Shown piece after piece: positions 37,032 through 46,279 of a stretch of DNA of 64,000 bases; the stretch's first letter is position 1; every line of letters starts with the position of its first letter. A program made the translations under genes and the position numbers. Origin of the DNA: an uncultured Verrucomicrobiae bacterium (lineage in GTDB: Bacteria; Verrucomicrobiota; Verrucomicrobiia; Chthoniobacterales; UBA10450); contig CAWDGJ010000001.1 in the NCBI GenBank assembly GCA_963801815.1, positions 128,001 through 192,000 of the forward strand. Reading direction: 5' to 3'. The notes beneath the pieces were generated by a model. The model was given only the letters and a program-made list of their open reading frames with translations, searched no databases and was not told the origin of the DNA.

Positions 37032-38324
37032 TTGAAACTGCCGTTCAGCTTTTTCCTGGCGCTGCGTTATCTCAAACCGAAACGCACGTTCCTGTCCATC
37101 ATCACGCTGATTTCTGTTCTCGGCGTCACGCTCGGTGTCACCGTGCTGATCCTGGTCATTTCGGTAATGACGGGGTTCGATCGCGAACTGCGGCAGAAGG
37201 TCATTGATTTCGACGCGCATATCCTGGTCACCAGCGAAGACGTCTTGTCGGATTGGCGTTCGTTGAAGGCGAAGATCGATAAGGTGCCGGGCGTAGTCGC
37301 GACCGCGCCTTACGTGCAGGGCCCGGTGATCGTCGAATTCGAAAATCGCCGGCTCGCACCAATGATTCGCGGGATCGATCCGAAACAGGAGGAAAACGTT
37401 GTTCCGCTACGGAAGTTTATTAAGTACGGCAAACTTGATCTCGATGGCGAGTCGGTCGTGCTCGGAGTCGACATCGCGCGCAAATTGCAGATCACCGTCG
37501 GCCAGAAGCTAACGGTCTATTCGCCCGGAAATCTCGGCCAGATCCTCGACGGAATTAAGAAGCTTGAGAACGCCAAGGGAAACGAAGAGAAAGCGGCGAT
37601 CGACGACCTCCGTGATGTGATTTTGCCGAAGGAGTTGACCGTGACCGGAATCTTCGAGACCGGTCATTATGTTCACGATTCGGAATTCCTGATCGTGCCG
37701 CTTTACATCGGCCAGGAACTTTACGGCCTCGGCGATTCGCTTCACGGCATCACCGTCAAAACAGATAATCCCTACAACGCCGAGTCGGTGAAGAACGAAA
37801 TCGGAACGTTCCTCGAGCCCCCGGCGTTTGCCGAAACCTGGATCGATATGAATCGTCAATATTTCGAGGCCGTGCGGCTCGAGCGCACAGTCATGTTCTT
37901 CTTGCTCTTTTTCATCGTCGTCGTCGCGGCGTTTGGAATCATGAGCACGCTGATTACGGTAACAGTTCAGAAACGTCGCGAGATCGGCATCGTCAAAGCG
38001 CTCGGCGCGAACATTTCCCAGATCATCTGGGTTTTTCTGGGGCAGGGGACGGTCGTCGGACTCTTTGGAACGCTCACCGGTCTTGGTCTCGGCATGACAT
38101 TGATTCGTTACCGCAACGAATTCAGTCAATGGCTTGCAAATACTTTGCATATCGAGATTTTTCCGCGCGAAGTCTACCAATTCTCCGAAATCCCCGCGCA
38201 GGTTGTTCCCCACGACGTCACGGTGATTTGCATCAGCGCGTTTTTGATTTGCGCGGTCGCGGCGTTGATCCCGGCCTATTTCGCCGCACGGCTCGATCCC
38301 GTGAAAGCGCTGCGTTACGAATAA
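37032..38324 (+). CDS. LolC/LolE family lipoprotein-releasing ABC permease
   Basis: ALRYL, SVMTGF, KRREIGIVKALGA, AARLDPVKALRYE. Confidence 0.93.
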   Translation: MKLPFSFFLALRYLKPKRTFLSIITLISVLGVTLGVTVLILVISVMTGFDRELRQKVIDFDAHILVTSEDVLSDWRSLKAKIDKVPGVVATAPYVQGPVIVEFENRRLAPMIRGIDPKQEENVVPLRKFIKYGKLDLDGESVVLGVDIARKLQITVGQKLTVYSPGNLGQILDGIKKLENAKGNEEKAAIDDLRDVILPKELTVTGIFETGHYVHDSEFLIVPLYIGQELYGLGDSLHGITVKTDNPYNAESVKNEIGTFLEPPAFAETWIDMNRQYFEAVRLERTVMFFLLFFIVVVAAFGIMSTLITVTVQKRREIGIVKALGANISQIIWVFLGQGTVVGLFGTLTGLGLGMTLIRYRNEFSQWLANTLHIEIFPREVYQFSEIPAQVVPHDVTVICISAFLICAVAALIPAYFAARLDPVKALRYE

Positions 38325-38343
38325 GGAGCCGAACTGTCGCGCA

Positions 38344-40608
38344 ATGACATTGCGAAGGTTTTCTCAATGGTGCCAATCTTTCTTACGACGCGATTGGTTT
38401 TTGGCGATTGCCCTCCTCTTCGTAGTCTTGATCGCTTATTCGCCTGCCTGGAACGGAAAGCCTATCTGGGATGATGACGAGCATCTTACCAAGCCGGACC
38501 TCCGCTCGCTGCATGGGTTGGTGCAGATCTGGACGCACTTGGGAAGCACACAGCAGTATTATCCGGTCGTTCACACGGTTTTTTGGGTCGAGCACCGAAT
38601 CTGGGGTGAAAAACCACTTGGTTATCATCTCACCAACATCCTTCTGCACGTTGCTTCGGCCCTTCTGCTGGTCAAGATCCTTGGAGAACTAAAATTACCC
38701 GGAGCGTGGTTTGCGGGTGCGGTCTTCGCTCTTCACCCGGTGCAAGTGGAGTCGGTGGCGTGGATGTCGGAACTGAAGAACACGCTTTCAGGGTTGTTCT
38801 TTCTTTCTTCTGCATTTTTTTATTTACGATTTGATCGAGACAGAAGGCTCGAGCCGTATCTCGCAGCTCTCGCGTTGTTCTGTCTCGGACTCCTGACGAA
38901 GAGCGTTATCGCCATCTTACCCGCGATTATTCTTGTGGTTCTCTGGTGGAAGCGGGGCGAACTCTCCTGGAGACGCGACGTTCTGCTGCTTATCCCGTTT
39001 TTTGCAATTGGAATAGGCACTGGCCTGTTTACCGCGTGGGTAGAGCAAAACTTCGTCGGTGCGCAAGGGCCCGCCTTTCAGTTGTCGAATATCGAGCGAA
39101 TCCTCATCGCAGGACGAGCATTTTGGTTCTACCTATCGAAGCTGCTGTGGCCGGCCAACTTGATTTTCATCTATCCGCGATGGGACGTTAGTGCCGCAGT
39201 TTGGTGGCAGTATCTTTTCCCGAGTGCGGTATTAGTGCTTTTCGTAGCGCTATGGATGTTGCGGCGAAAGAGTCGCGGACCGCTCGCCGCGTTTCTTTTC
39301 TTCGCCGGCATGCTTTTCCCAGTGCTTGGCTTTCTGAATGTGTTCCCTTTCATCTATTCGTTCGTCGCTGATCACTTCCAATATCTCGCCTGCATCGGCA
39401 TCGTTACATTGACGGCAAGTGGTCTTGGGCTGCTTGTCGATGTCGCGCCACCTATGCTCCGTCGAATTGGTATCGCGAGCAGTTTAATACTGATCTCAGT
39501 CTTGGCCGCCTTGACTTGGCGACAAGTACACATGTATCGGGATGAGGAAACACTCTGGCGAGTCACGCTTTCGCAAAATCCGGATTGTTGGATGGCCCAC
39601 AACAATCTTGCCGATCTGCTCCTTAACAATGGACGCCTCGACGAAGCGATCGCCCACTACGAACAAGCGCTCGTAAAGCGGCCTGACCCGGAAAAAGCGC
39701 AGTATAACCTGGCAGTGGCGTTTGTGGCGGAGGGGAAGATTGATAAGGCGATTGAGCATTATCGCACCGCTTTGGAGATAAAACCCGATTACGTCGACGC
39801 ACATTACAATCTCGGCGGCGCTTTTGTGCGCAATGGCCAAGCGGATGAAGCGATTGAAGAGTACGAAAAGACTTTGGAGTTACGGCCAAATAGTCCGGAT
39901 GCGCATAATAATCTCGGTAGTGCCTTGCTGGAAAAGGGTCGCGTGGTCGAAGCGATCGGCCATTACCAAGCGGCCCTCCAGTTGAAAGGCGATGATCCGG
40001 AAGTCGAATACAATCTGGCCCACGCTTTCGCGAAAGAAGGGCAGCTCGACCAAGCTATCGTGCATTATCAAAAAGCGCTCGCGATCCGGCCAGATCATGT
40101 AGATGCACAATATGAACTAGCGGGCGCGTTTCTTGAGAAGGGCCAGGTCGAAGACGCAATCGTCTGTTACCAGAAAGTCCTGGCGATACAACCGGATCAC
40201 ATCCGGGCGCATACCAACCTTGGAAATCTTCTTTTGCAAAAAGGCGAAACCGCAAACGCGATTGCGCAATACGAAAAGAGCCTCGCAATCGCTCCTCAAG
40301 ACGTCGCCGCTCAAACGAACCTGGCCTGGGTGCTCGCCACCTGCCCGGACGGATCGCTGCGCAATGGTACCAGAGCACTGGAGATGGGTCGGTCCGCAAA
40401 TGAACTCTCGAGCGGGAAAGATCCATTCGTGCTTCATTCCCTGGCCGCGGCTTATGCCGAGATCGGCCAATTTTCTAATGCAGTTGAAACTGCTGAGCAA
40501 GCGTTGCGACTCTCCTCCGAAAGCGGCGATAAGGGACTGACGAAAGCGCTCTCGAAAGAAATGGAGTTCTACAAAGCTCGCTTGCCTTACCGAAAGAATG
40601 CTGAGTGA
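38344..40608 (+). CDS. TMTC-like multi-TM glycosyltransferase with C-terminal TPRs
   Basis: IWDDDE, YYPV, FALHPVQVESVAW, VADHFQYL, many TPRs. Confidence 0.85.
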   Translation: MTLRRFSQWCQSFLRRDWFLAIALLFVVLIAYSPAWNGKPIWDDDEHLTKPDLRSLHGLVQIWTHLGSTQQYYPVVHTVFWVEHRIWGEKPLGYHLTNILLHVASALLLVKILGELKLPGAWFAGAVFALHPVQVESVAWMSELKNTLSGLFFLSSAFFYLRFDRDRRLEPYLAALALFCLGLLTKSVIAILPAIILVVLWWKRGELSWRRDVLLLIPFFAIGIGTGLFTAWVEQNFVGAQGPAFQLSNIERILIAGRAFWFYLSKLLWPANLIFIYPRWDVSAAVWWQYLFPSAVLVLFVALWMLRRKSRGPLAAFLFFAGMLFPVLGFLNVFPFIYSFVADHFQYLACIGIVTLTASGLGLLVDVAPPMLRRIGIASSLILISVLAALTWRQVHMYRDEETLWRVTLSQNPDCWMAHNNLADLLLNNGRLDEAIAHYEQALVKRPDPEKAQYNLAVAFVAEGKIDKAIEHYRTALEIKPDYVDAHYNLGGAFVRNGQADEAIEEYEKTLELRPNSPDAHNNLGSALLEKGRVVEAIGHYQAALQLKGDDPEVEYNLAHAFAKEGQLDQAIVHYQKALAIRPDHVDAQYELAGAFLEKGQVEDAIVCYQKVLAIQPDHIRAHTNLGNLLLQKGETANAIAQYEKSLAIAPQDVAAQTNLAWVLATCPDGSLRNGTRALEMGRSANELSSGKDPFVLHSLAAAYAEIGQFSNAVETAEQALRLSSESGDKGLTKALSKEMEFYKARLPYRKNAE

Positions 40609-40672
40609 AAGCGCTGCGCTACGAGTAATTGAGCTTCTTCCGCTTAATCTGCTCGCCGATTCGGAATTTTCG

Positions 40673-41152
40673 TCATCGCCGGCGGCCGCTGAACTTCATT
40701 CTGGTCAGCAACACATCGATCGCGCGAAACGTGTAGTCGTAACCGCCCGCCCATTCGCTCTGGCGCGGGCCCGCGAAGTTGAGAATCTCAATGTCGTGAT
40801 CGCGCATGAAGGCAGCCATTAATGGCACCGCATCTTCGGGTGAATATTTTGCGGCGTCGATCAATCGGTGCGGCTGTCGCTGCTCGATACAGCAACCTAC
40901 GGTGTAAGCAGTTCCGCCGCTTAACTCATGAAAGTAAATCGCGATTGTTCCATCTGAGTCCTGAACGTTGCGCGACGTGCGTTCATCCGGACCGCCTTTT
41001 TTCAATTCCGTCATCGGATAGCGATCGGGAATTTTCCCGTCCTCGTCGGTGCGCCCTTCAGGGCACCATCCACCGCACGGTATGCGGTGTTTGAGCGCAA
41101 CATCGAGCGCCGCGCGGTCCACTCCAGTCTGGCCTCCAGAAACAATTTTCAT
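40673..41152 (-). CDS. Putative molybdenum carrier (SLOG superfamily) protein
   Basis: IVSGGQTGVDRAALD, GGWCP.GR..EDG, RT..NV.DSDGT, LNFAGPR.S. Confidence 0.9.
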   Translation of the reverse strand: MKIVSGGQTGVDRAALDVALKHRIPCGGWCPEGRTDEDGKIPDRYPMTELKKGGPDERTSRNVQDSDGTIAIYFHELSGGTAYTVGCCIEQRQPHRLIDAAKYSPEDAVPLMAAFMRDHDIEILNFAGPRQSEWAGGYDYTFRAIDVLLTRMKFSGRRR

Positions 41153-41157
41153 TTATC

Positions 41158-41260
41158 TGTCATTCCGACTGAAGTGGAGGAATCTCTTACTATTTCTGTT
41201 TTAGCAAGCCCCCTGCAATCAGAAATAGCACGAGATGTCTCGACGTCGCTCTAAATGAAA
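41158..41260. repeat. Degenerate TGTCATTCCG-type palindromic element
   Basis: TGTCATTCCGACTGAAGTGGAGGAATCTC...GAGATGTCTCGACGTCGCTC; related to 9933-10047. Confidence 0.7.
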
Positions 41261-41286
41261 GCGAGCGCAGTCACTCCGGCTCGACC

Positions 41287-41670
41287 TCAGTCGCCGGTCG
41301 GAATGATATCTGCCCGCTCGATCATCAAAATGACGCAACGCTTCGGCGCGCGCGTCCGGTGTCGAACACTTTTTGGAACGACAAATCCCTGGCGTGGTGC
41401 AAGCTCGATCGTCTTGTCTTCGAGATCGATCAGGAATTTTCCATCGAGCACGAAGAAAAACTCGTCGATGTCGTTGTGCTCGTGCCAGTGATATTCGCCT
41501 TCCAACACGCCGATTCGCACAACTGAATCATTCACTTGGCAAAGCGTTTGGTTGTACCACTTGTCCTTGCAGTCGTCGGCCAGCTTCTGCATGTCGATCA
41601 ACTCCAGTGGCCCGTGCAAAATGTTCAGGTAAGTTTTGTAGGGAAAATCTTGCGAATCCTGCGCAGCCAT
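41287..41670 (-). CDS. Cupin domain protein
   Basis: GEYHWHEH...DEFFFVLDG, VVPKSVRH. Confidence 0.9.
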   Translation of the reverse strand: MAAQDSQDFPYKTYLNILHGPLELIDMQKLADDCKDKWYNQTLCQVNDSVVRIGVLEGEYHWHEHNDIDEFFFVLDGKFLIDLEDKTIELAPRQGFVVPKSVRHRTRAPKRCVILMIERADIIPTGD

Positions 41671-41689
41671 GATGTCAATCTTAGCTGAA

Positions 41690-41827
41690 ACTCTGGGGAG
41701 CGCACGCGCCTCGCGTGCTGGCGATTGCGCCCTCGCAATCGCAAACTTTCCTTAAATGATTTTGCTTAATATTCTGTTCGGCGATGGCGCCGAACAGTGC
41801 ACGCGAGGCGCGTGCGCTCCCCAGAGT
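41690..41827. repeat. GGAG-type MITE/REPIN-like element with 29-bp perfect terminal inverted repeats
   Basis: ACTCTGGGGAGCGCACGCGCCTCGCGTGC (41690-41718) and exact reverse complement (41799-41827); inner hairpins. Confidence 0.9.
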
Positions 41828-42315
41828 CATTCTTCGCCGTCGAAATAATCAGCCTCGCCGCCTTTGATGACAACGCGATCGGCGGCTGATGTCTTGTTTA
41901 CTTTCCATTTCCCGCTGTCGGGATAGTAACCCGATTCGCCGATCGGGTTATCAGCAATCACATAATAGATAAGATCGACATCCCCCGAGTTGGTGATCTG
42001 GTGCGGTTCGTTAGGACCAAAGATAAACGCATCGCCCGCGACGACATTCGTCGATCCATCTTTATCGCGCACGGTGCCGTTGCCGCTGACGATGAGATAC
42101 ATTTCCCACTGGGCAGAGTGCGCGTGAAACGGGAAATTCGGTTTACCCGGCGGCACGCGGCTCCATTCCAGGTCGAATGGCCAACGTCTTGCCAGATCCA
42201 GCGAGCCCGGGTCGCGCCCGAGTGCTTCCGAAATTCCCTTGAATACGACCGCATACTTCCCCTTCGGCGATTGCCAGGGGTCTTCCTTAATCTCGTTAAT
42301 GTTAATCTTTTTCAT
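41827..42315 (-). CDS. Cupin domain protein (COG3837-like), tandem paralogue 1
   Basis: PFHAHSAQWEMY, PHQITN, YYPDSGK, DYFDGEE. Confidence 0.9.
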   Translation of the reverse strand: MKKININEIKEDPWQSPKGKYAVVFKGISEALGRDPGSLDLARRWPFDLEWSRVPPGKPNFPFHAHSAQWEMYLIVSGNGTVRDKDGSTNVVAGDAFIFGPNEPHQITNSGDVDLIYYVIADNPIGESGYYPDSGKWKVNKTSAADRVVIKGGEADYFDGEE

Positions 42316-42322
42316 TCGGATC

Positions 42323-42390
42323 TCTCAGGAACCCAGGAAAGCAGGAAACCGAATACGGTTCAGAGTTCCTGCGTTCTTGCTTTCCTTAGA
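42323..42390. repeat. Nonamer-built inverted repeat
   Basis: CAGGAACCCAGGAAAGCAGGAAA...TTCCTGCGTTCTTGCTTTCCT. Confidence 0.65.
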
Positions 42391-42393
42391 TAT

Positions 42394-42879
42394 TCACTCT
42401 TCTCCGTCGAAGTAATCGGCGTCCGCTCCTTTCACGATTACTTCCTCGCCGTTTTCTTTCCAAACGGCGAACTTGCCACTGTCCGGATAAAAGCAGGAAT
42501 CCCCGCGCGGATTATCCGCGAGCACGTAGTAAACGAAATCGTCCTCGCCCGCATTGGCGAGCTGATGTGCCTCGCCTGGGCCAAAGAAAAACGCGTCACC
42601 CGCGCCAACTTCGGTCCAGCCGTCTTTGTCGCGAATCTTTCCCCGCCCAGAGACGACAAGATACATCTCTGATTCGCTCGAGTGCGAATGATACGGGCAA
42701 AGCGATTTCCCCTTTGGAATGCTGACCAGCGCGAGATCGAACGGCCATCGCTTTGCTAAGTCGAGCGACTCCGGATCACGCCCGAGTGCAACGGAAATGT
42801 TTTTTGAGCGCCGCCCAAACTTTCCATTCGCGGACTGCCGCTCCTGCCATTCAACGTCTTTGATATTCACTTTGCGCAT
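42394..42879 (-). CDS. Cupin domain protein (COG3837-like), tandem paralogue 2
   Basis: PYHSHSSESEMY, AHQLAN, FYPDSGK, DYFDGEE. Confidence 0.9.
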   Translation of the reverse strand: MRKVNIKDVEWQERQSANGKFGRRSKNISVALGRDPESLDLAKRWPFDLALVSIPKGKSLCPYHSHSSESEMYLVVSGRGKIRDKDGWTEVGAGDAFFFGPGEAHQLANAGEDDFVYYVLADNPRGDSCFYPDSGKFAVWKENGEEVIVKGADADYFDGEE

Positions 42880-42883
42880 AAGA

Positions 42884-43591
42884 TTAGGTCTTTTCACGCG
42901 ACGAATTGTGTTTTAGTGCCATGTACACCAGTGCGGAGACACAGACGATCAGGAGGAATAATACTGAATCTCTAAAAATTCGGAGAGACAAAATATGCCC
43001 TTCCACCGCATAGTCATAATCGCCGACGATTTGTAACCGGGGATTGGCTTTCGCAAGGACGTTATCAGGTCGGAGAATGTCGAACAAAACGTAAGTGTCC
43101 TCCCATGGATATCGCCGGACCCCGCAAAGACCGAATTCGGTGCCTGATGAATTTCCCGATTCCCAAATACGAGCGTCGGCTGACAGGGGCACGTCGGTTG
43201 TAAAGTACCAGTTCCGGATCAGCCGATTCGTATGAAACCCCTCGACGTTCTTTCCGGACGCTGTTGGTTCGCAGGTAACGGCGTACGCATCCATTTTAAC
43301 CTGCAACGCCATAGATCCTTTCTGATACGACTCCCATGGAATGCTTGAGATCTTATCAACCACAAGCGAGACGCGACACTCCCCTTCGTAACTCCAATCG
43401 TCCCCAGGAATTTTCCAAGTCACGAGGCCCGGCTGAGCAAGATCGACCGACTTCGTGAGGCGATGATGACTAGTTCGGATTTGCTTCTCTAGTTCCGGGA
43501 ACCATAGACTTCTGCTAACCAGCAGATAAGCGATAACACACGTCGTACAGATTACGACGGCGATTATCCTGAGGATCCTTACAACTCCCAT
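42884..43591 (-). CDS. Hypothetical membrane protein (N- and C-terminal TM)
   Basis: Open frame with two hydrophobic ends; no family recognised. Confidence 0.6.
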   Translation of the reverse strand: MGVVRILRIIAVVICTTCVIAYLLVSRSLWFPELEKQIRTSHHRLTKSVDLAQPGLVTWKIPGDDWSYEGECRVSLVVDKISSIPWESYQKGSMALQVKMDAYAVTCEPTASGKNVEGFHTNRLIRNWYFTTDVPLSADARIWESGNSSGTEFGLCGVRRYPWEDTYVLFDILRPDNVLAKANPRLQIVGDYDYAVEGHILSLRIFRDSVLFLLIVCVSALVYMALKHNSSREKT

Positions 43592-44496
43592 TTCTTGGGC
43601 AGTCTTTGTTTGAGCTTTTCGACCGGGGCAAAGAGGTCGCCCATTTTCTTGACGCGCTCTAGAGTTTTGTCGCAACGAAATTTCAAGAGAGCCGTGTTTT
43701 TCTTTTTCAGGCAGTTAGCGACTTCGTCCCAGGTGACAGGCGTCGACACCGTCGGTTCTTCCCTGGCGCGCAGCGAATAAACGCAAATGGTTGTTTTGTG
43801 CTCGTCGTTCTGGCTCCAATCGACAAACACTTTCCCTTTCCGCATCGCTTTAGACATGTTCGATGTCACGAGATCGCGATGTTCGTGCTCGAGATATTGC
43901 GCCAGCGCGCGAGATAAGTCCTTGGTTTGATCGAACGTGATTGGCGTATTGAGCGGCACGTAAATCTGCAATCCCTTCGAGCCGCTCGTCTTCGCAAACG
44001 ACTTTAATTTCATTTTGCCTAACAAATCGCGCAACCAAAGACCGACCTGGCAGCATTGGACGATGTCGGCCGGCGCGCCGGGGTCGAGGTCGAACACCAT
44101 CATCGTCGGCCGCGCGACAGTGCTTTTCTTCGCGAGAGATGTGTGCAATTCGAGATCGGCGAGGTTTGCCGCCCAGACCAGCGTCGGTAGATCCTGCGCG
44201 AGGCAATAATCCATCATCCGATTATTGCCTTCGCTCCAGACTTTCGCTGTCTTCACCCATTTCGGTCGGTGCGTCGGACAATTTTTTTCGTAAAAGAATT
44301 CCTTGTCCACGCCGTTCGGATAACGCTTCATCGTCAGCGGCCGGTCTCTCAGATGCGGCAAAAGCACCGGCGCGATCTTGATGTAGTAATCGATCACCTG
44401 GCCTTTGGTGAACCCGACTTTCGGATAAAGCACCTTGTCCAGGTTCGAGACGGACAGCTTTTTCCCTTTAACGACGAGCTCTGCTTTTTCAGGCAT
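43579..44496 (-). CDS. Stand-alone LigD polymerase (AEP primase-polymerase) domain
   Basis: SNLDKVLYP, RPLTMKRYPNG, FDLDPG, KTSGSKGLQ, VFVDWSQN, YSLRA, VSTPVTW. Confidence 0.92.
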   Translation of the reverse strand: MPEKAELVVKGKKLSVSNLDKVLYPKVGFTKGQVIDYYIKIAPVLLPHLRDRPLTMKRYPNGVDKEFFYEKNCPTHRPKWVKTAKVWSEGNNRMMDYCLAQDLPTLVWAANLADLELHTSLAKKSTVARPTMMVFDLDPGAPADIVQCCQVGLWLRDLLGKMKLKSFAKTSGSKGLQIYVPLNTPITFDQTKDLSRALAQYLEHEHRDLVTSNMSKAMRKGKVFVDWSQNDEHKTTICVYSLRAREEPTVSTPVTWDEVANCLKKKNTALLKFRCDKTLERVKKMGDLFAPVEKLKQRLPKKWEL

Positions 44497-44507
44497 TTTC
44501 CTAGCAC

Positions 44508-45068
44508 TGTAGCGGCGGTCTATGACCGTCGCACTATTTCCTCAAACTCGATCATCTCTAAACTCGAGGTTAAACACCTCGCCGGCGAACGGCCACTTAT
44601 TCCAATCATCCGCGAGACCTGCGCGAACTGGATTCTCACGAACATAATTCCACTTTTCACTGTAAGAGTCTTCCCTTCGCAGGACATGATCAAAGAAACC
44701 TTTTTGCCAATGTGGCGACGGAACTGCATTAAGCCGGAGAGTGCTCGACAGTGCGTTTTTTAGCGACTTGACCCAATTCGATAGTTCCATTCGCTCGTCG
44801 TCCACGGCGACAAACGCGTGGAGATGATCTGGCATGATGACGTAGGCGCCGAGCCAAGCGCCACGAGACTCGCCTTCTTCTCCGAAGCCGACTAATCGTG
44901 AATGAACATTGTCGTTATTTAAGATTCGTCGTCGTTCATTCGTGCAGGCCGTCACGAAGTAAATTGGAAACCGCTGAAATGTTTCGTCGAGTCTTCGGAG
45001 ACGTTCGGACGCTTAACGTTAACTACGTGTACGGACAATTCGAGCGACGGTCATAGACCGCCGCTACA
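44508..45068. mobile_element. REPtron: RAYT gene flanked by perfect inverted 25-bp GTAG REPs
   Basis: TGTAGCGGCGGTCTATGACCGTCGC at 44508-44532, exact reverse complement at 45044-45068. Confidence 0.93.
44542..45012 (-). CDS. REP-associated tyrosine transposase (RAYT, Y1 HUH); start codon disrupted or uncertain
   Basis: IYFVTACT, YVIMPDHLH (HUH), WQKGFFDHVLR, YVRENPVRAGL; frame open to in-frame TAA at 45013-45015. Confidence 0.92.
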   Translation of the reverse strand, partial: ASERLRRLDETFQRFPIYFVTACTNERRRILNNDNVHSRLVGFGEEGESRGAWLGAYVIMPDHLHAFVAVDDERMELSNWVKSLKNALSSTLRLNAVPSPHWQKGFFDHVLRREDSYSEKWNYVRENPVRAGLADDWNKWPFAGEVFNLEFRDDRV

Positions 45069-45078
45069 GAAGAAATTT

Positions 45079-46275
45079 TCATGCAAAGAAGCGTTCCGGC
45101 GAGAGCATCGGCTGCGGTTTGCAGATACGGGCGACGCAATGTTCCCAACTTTCGTGCCCGCTGAGGATCTCAATCTCCACGCGCATGAAATAAATCGGCA
45201 CTTTTATTTCCGTTTCCTGTAATCGCGGCATCCGCACCGCGTCCTTTTCCGTGGTGACGATCATTGATAAGTCGCGCCGGATGCAGCGGTTAATGAAACC
45301 GCGAATTTCGCCTTCGGTGAAGTAATGGTGATCGATGTAGCGCAGCCCGAGATTGACGTTCGCGCCGAGTTTTTTCAGGGCCCCTTCGAAACTTTCCGGC
45401 ACCGCGATTGCGCAGATTGAGCCGATAAATGCGCCGCGGAGACGGTCGAGCATGAGTCGGTCGCCGGTGTAAATATTTTGAAGATAGAGCGGGCGATGCG
45501 CGCACTCGATGATTTCCGCGGTCCGATTGTAACGGCGAATGCGCTCAATCAATTCTTCGTTCGGCTCGCCGGTATTCTTGGTGATGAAGATGTAACTCGC
45601 GCGCCGCAAGTTTCGCGGCGGCTCCCGCAGCGTGCCACGCGGCAGCAGAAACTCGTTGCCGAACGGTTGTTGCCGATCCACCAACACGATATCGAGCCGG
45701 TGTTTGAGATGAAGATATTGCAGGCCGTCGTCGAGCAGGAGCGTGTCCACCTTCCATTTATCGATCGCGTAGCGGCCGCTTTTGACGCGGTCTTTGTCGA
45801 CCAAAACGATGACATCCTTCAAATTGTGCGCGAGCATGTAGGGTTCGTCGCCTGCCGTCAGCGAATCGAGCAACAACGATTTCCCATCGGAAACAATTCG
45901 TGGAGGATCAATATTTCCGCCGAAAATTCGCTCGAACCAATTTCGTTTGGTCGGCTTGGGCACGCTTTTGTAACCACGGCTGAGAATCGCGATCCGGCGT
46001 CCGCCGACTTGCAACGCCCGGGCGAACTTTTCCACGACCGGAGTTTTGCCGGTGCCGCCGACTGTTAAATTTCCAATGCTGATCACGAGGCAGCCGAGCG
46101 TGCGCTCACGCAAAATGCGCTTGCGGTAAAGATAAAGCCGGAACTGGACGATCCGCTCGTAGATGAACGAGAGCCCGTAGAGAATCCCGCGCAAAATTGC
46201 CGCGCGAAATCCGCGACGCCGGCCAAGGACCACGTCGATCCCGAACTCCTCGAGGTTTTCTAGCCTGCGGCCCAC
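45079..46275 (-). CDS. lpxK: Tetraacyldisaccharide 4'-kinase
   Basis: [48 protein letters not shown]. Confidence 0.97.
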   Translation of the reverse strand: MGRRLENLEEFGIDVVLGRRRGFRAAILRGILYGLSFIYERIVQFRLYLYRKRILRERTLGCLVISIGNLTVGGTGKTPVVEKFARALQVGGRRIAILSRGYKSVPKPTKRNWFERIFGGNIDPPRIVSDGKSLLLDSLTAGDEPYMLAHNLKDVIVLVDKDRVKSGRYAIDKWKVDTLLLDDGLQYLHLKHRLDIVLVDRQQPFGNEFLLPRGTLREPPRNLRRASYIFITKNTGEPNEELIERIRRYNRTAEIIECAHRPLYLQNIYTGDRLMLDRLRGAFIGSICAIAVPESFEGALKKLGANVNLGLRYIDHHYFTEGEIRGFINRCIRRDLSMIVTTEKDAVRMPRLQETEIKVPIYFMRVEIEILSGHESWEHCVARICKPQPMLSPERFFA

Positions 46276-46279
46276 TGAA

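Noticed and set aside
44542..45012. IS200/IS605 insertion sequence
   Set aside because: No tnpB; flanked by inverted GTAG REPs and carries the RAYT-type NPVRAGL motif.
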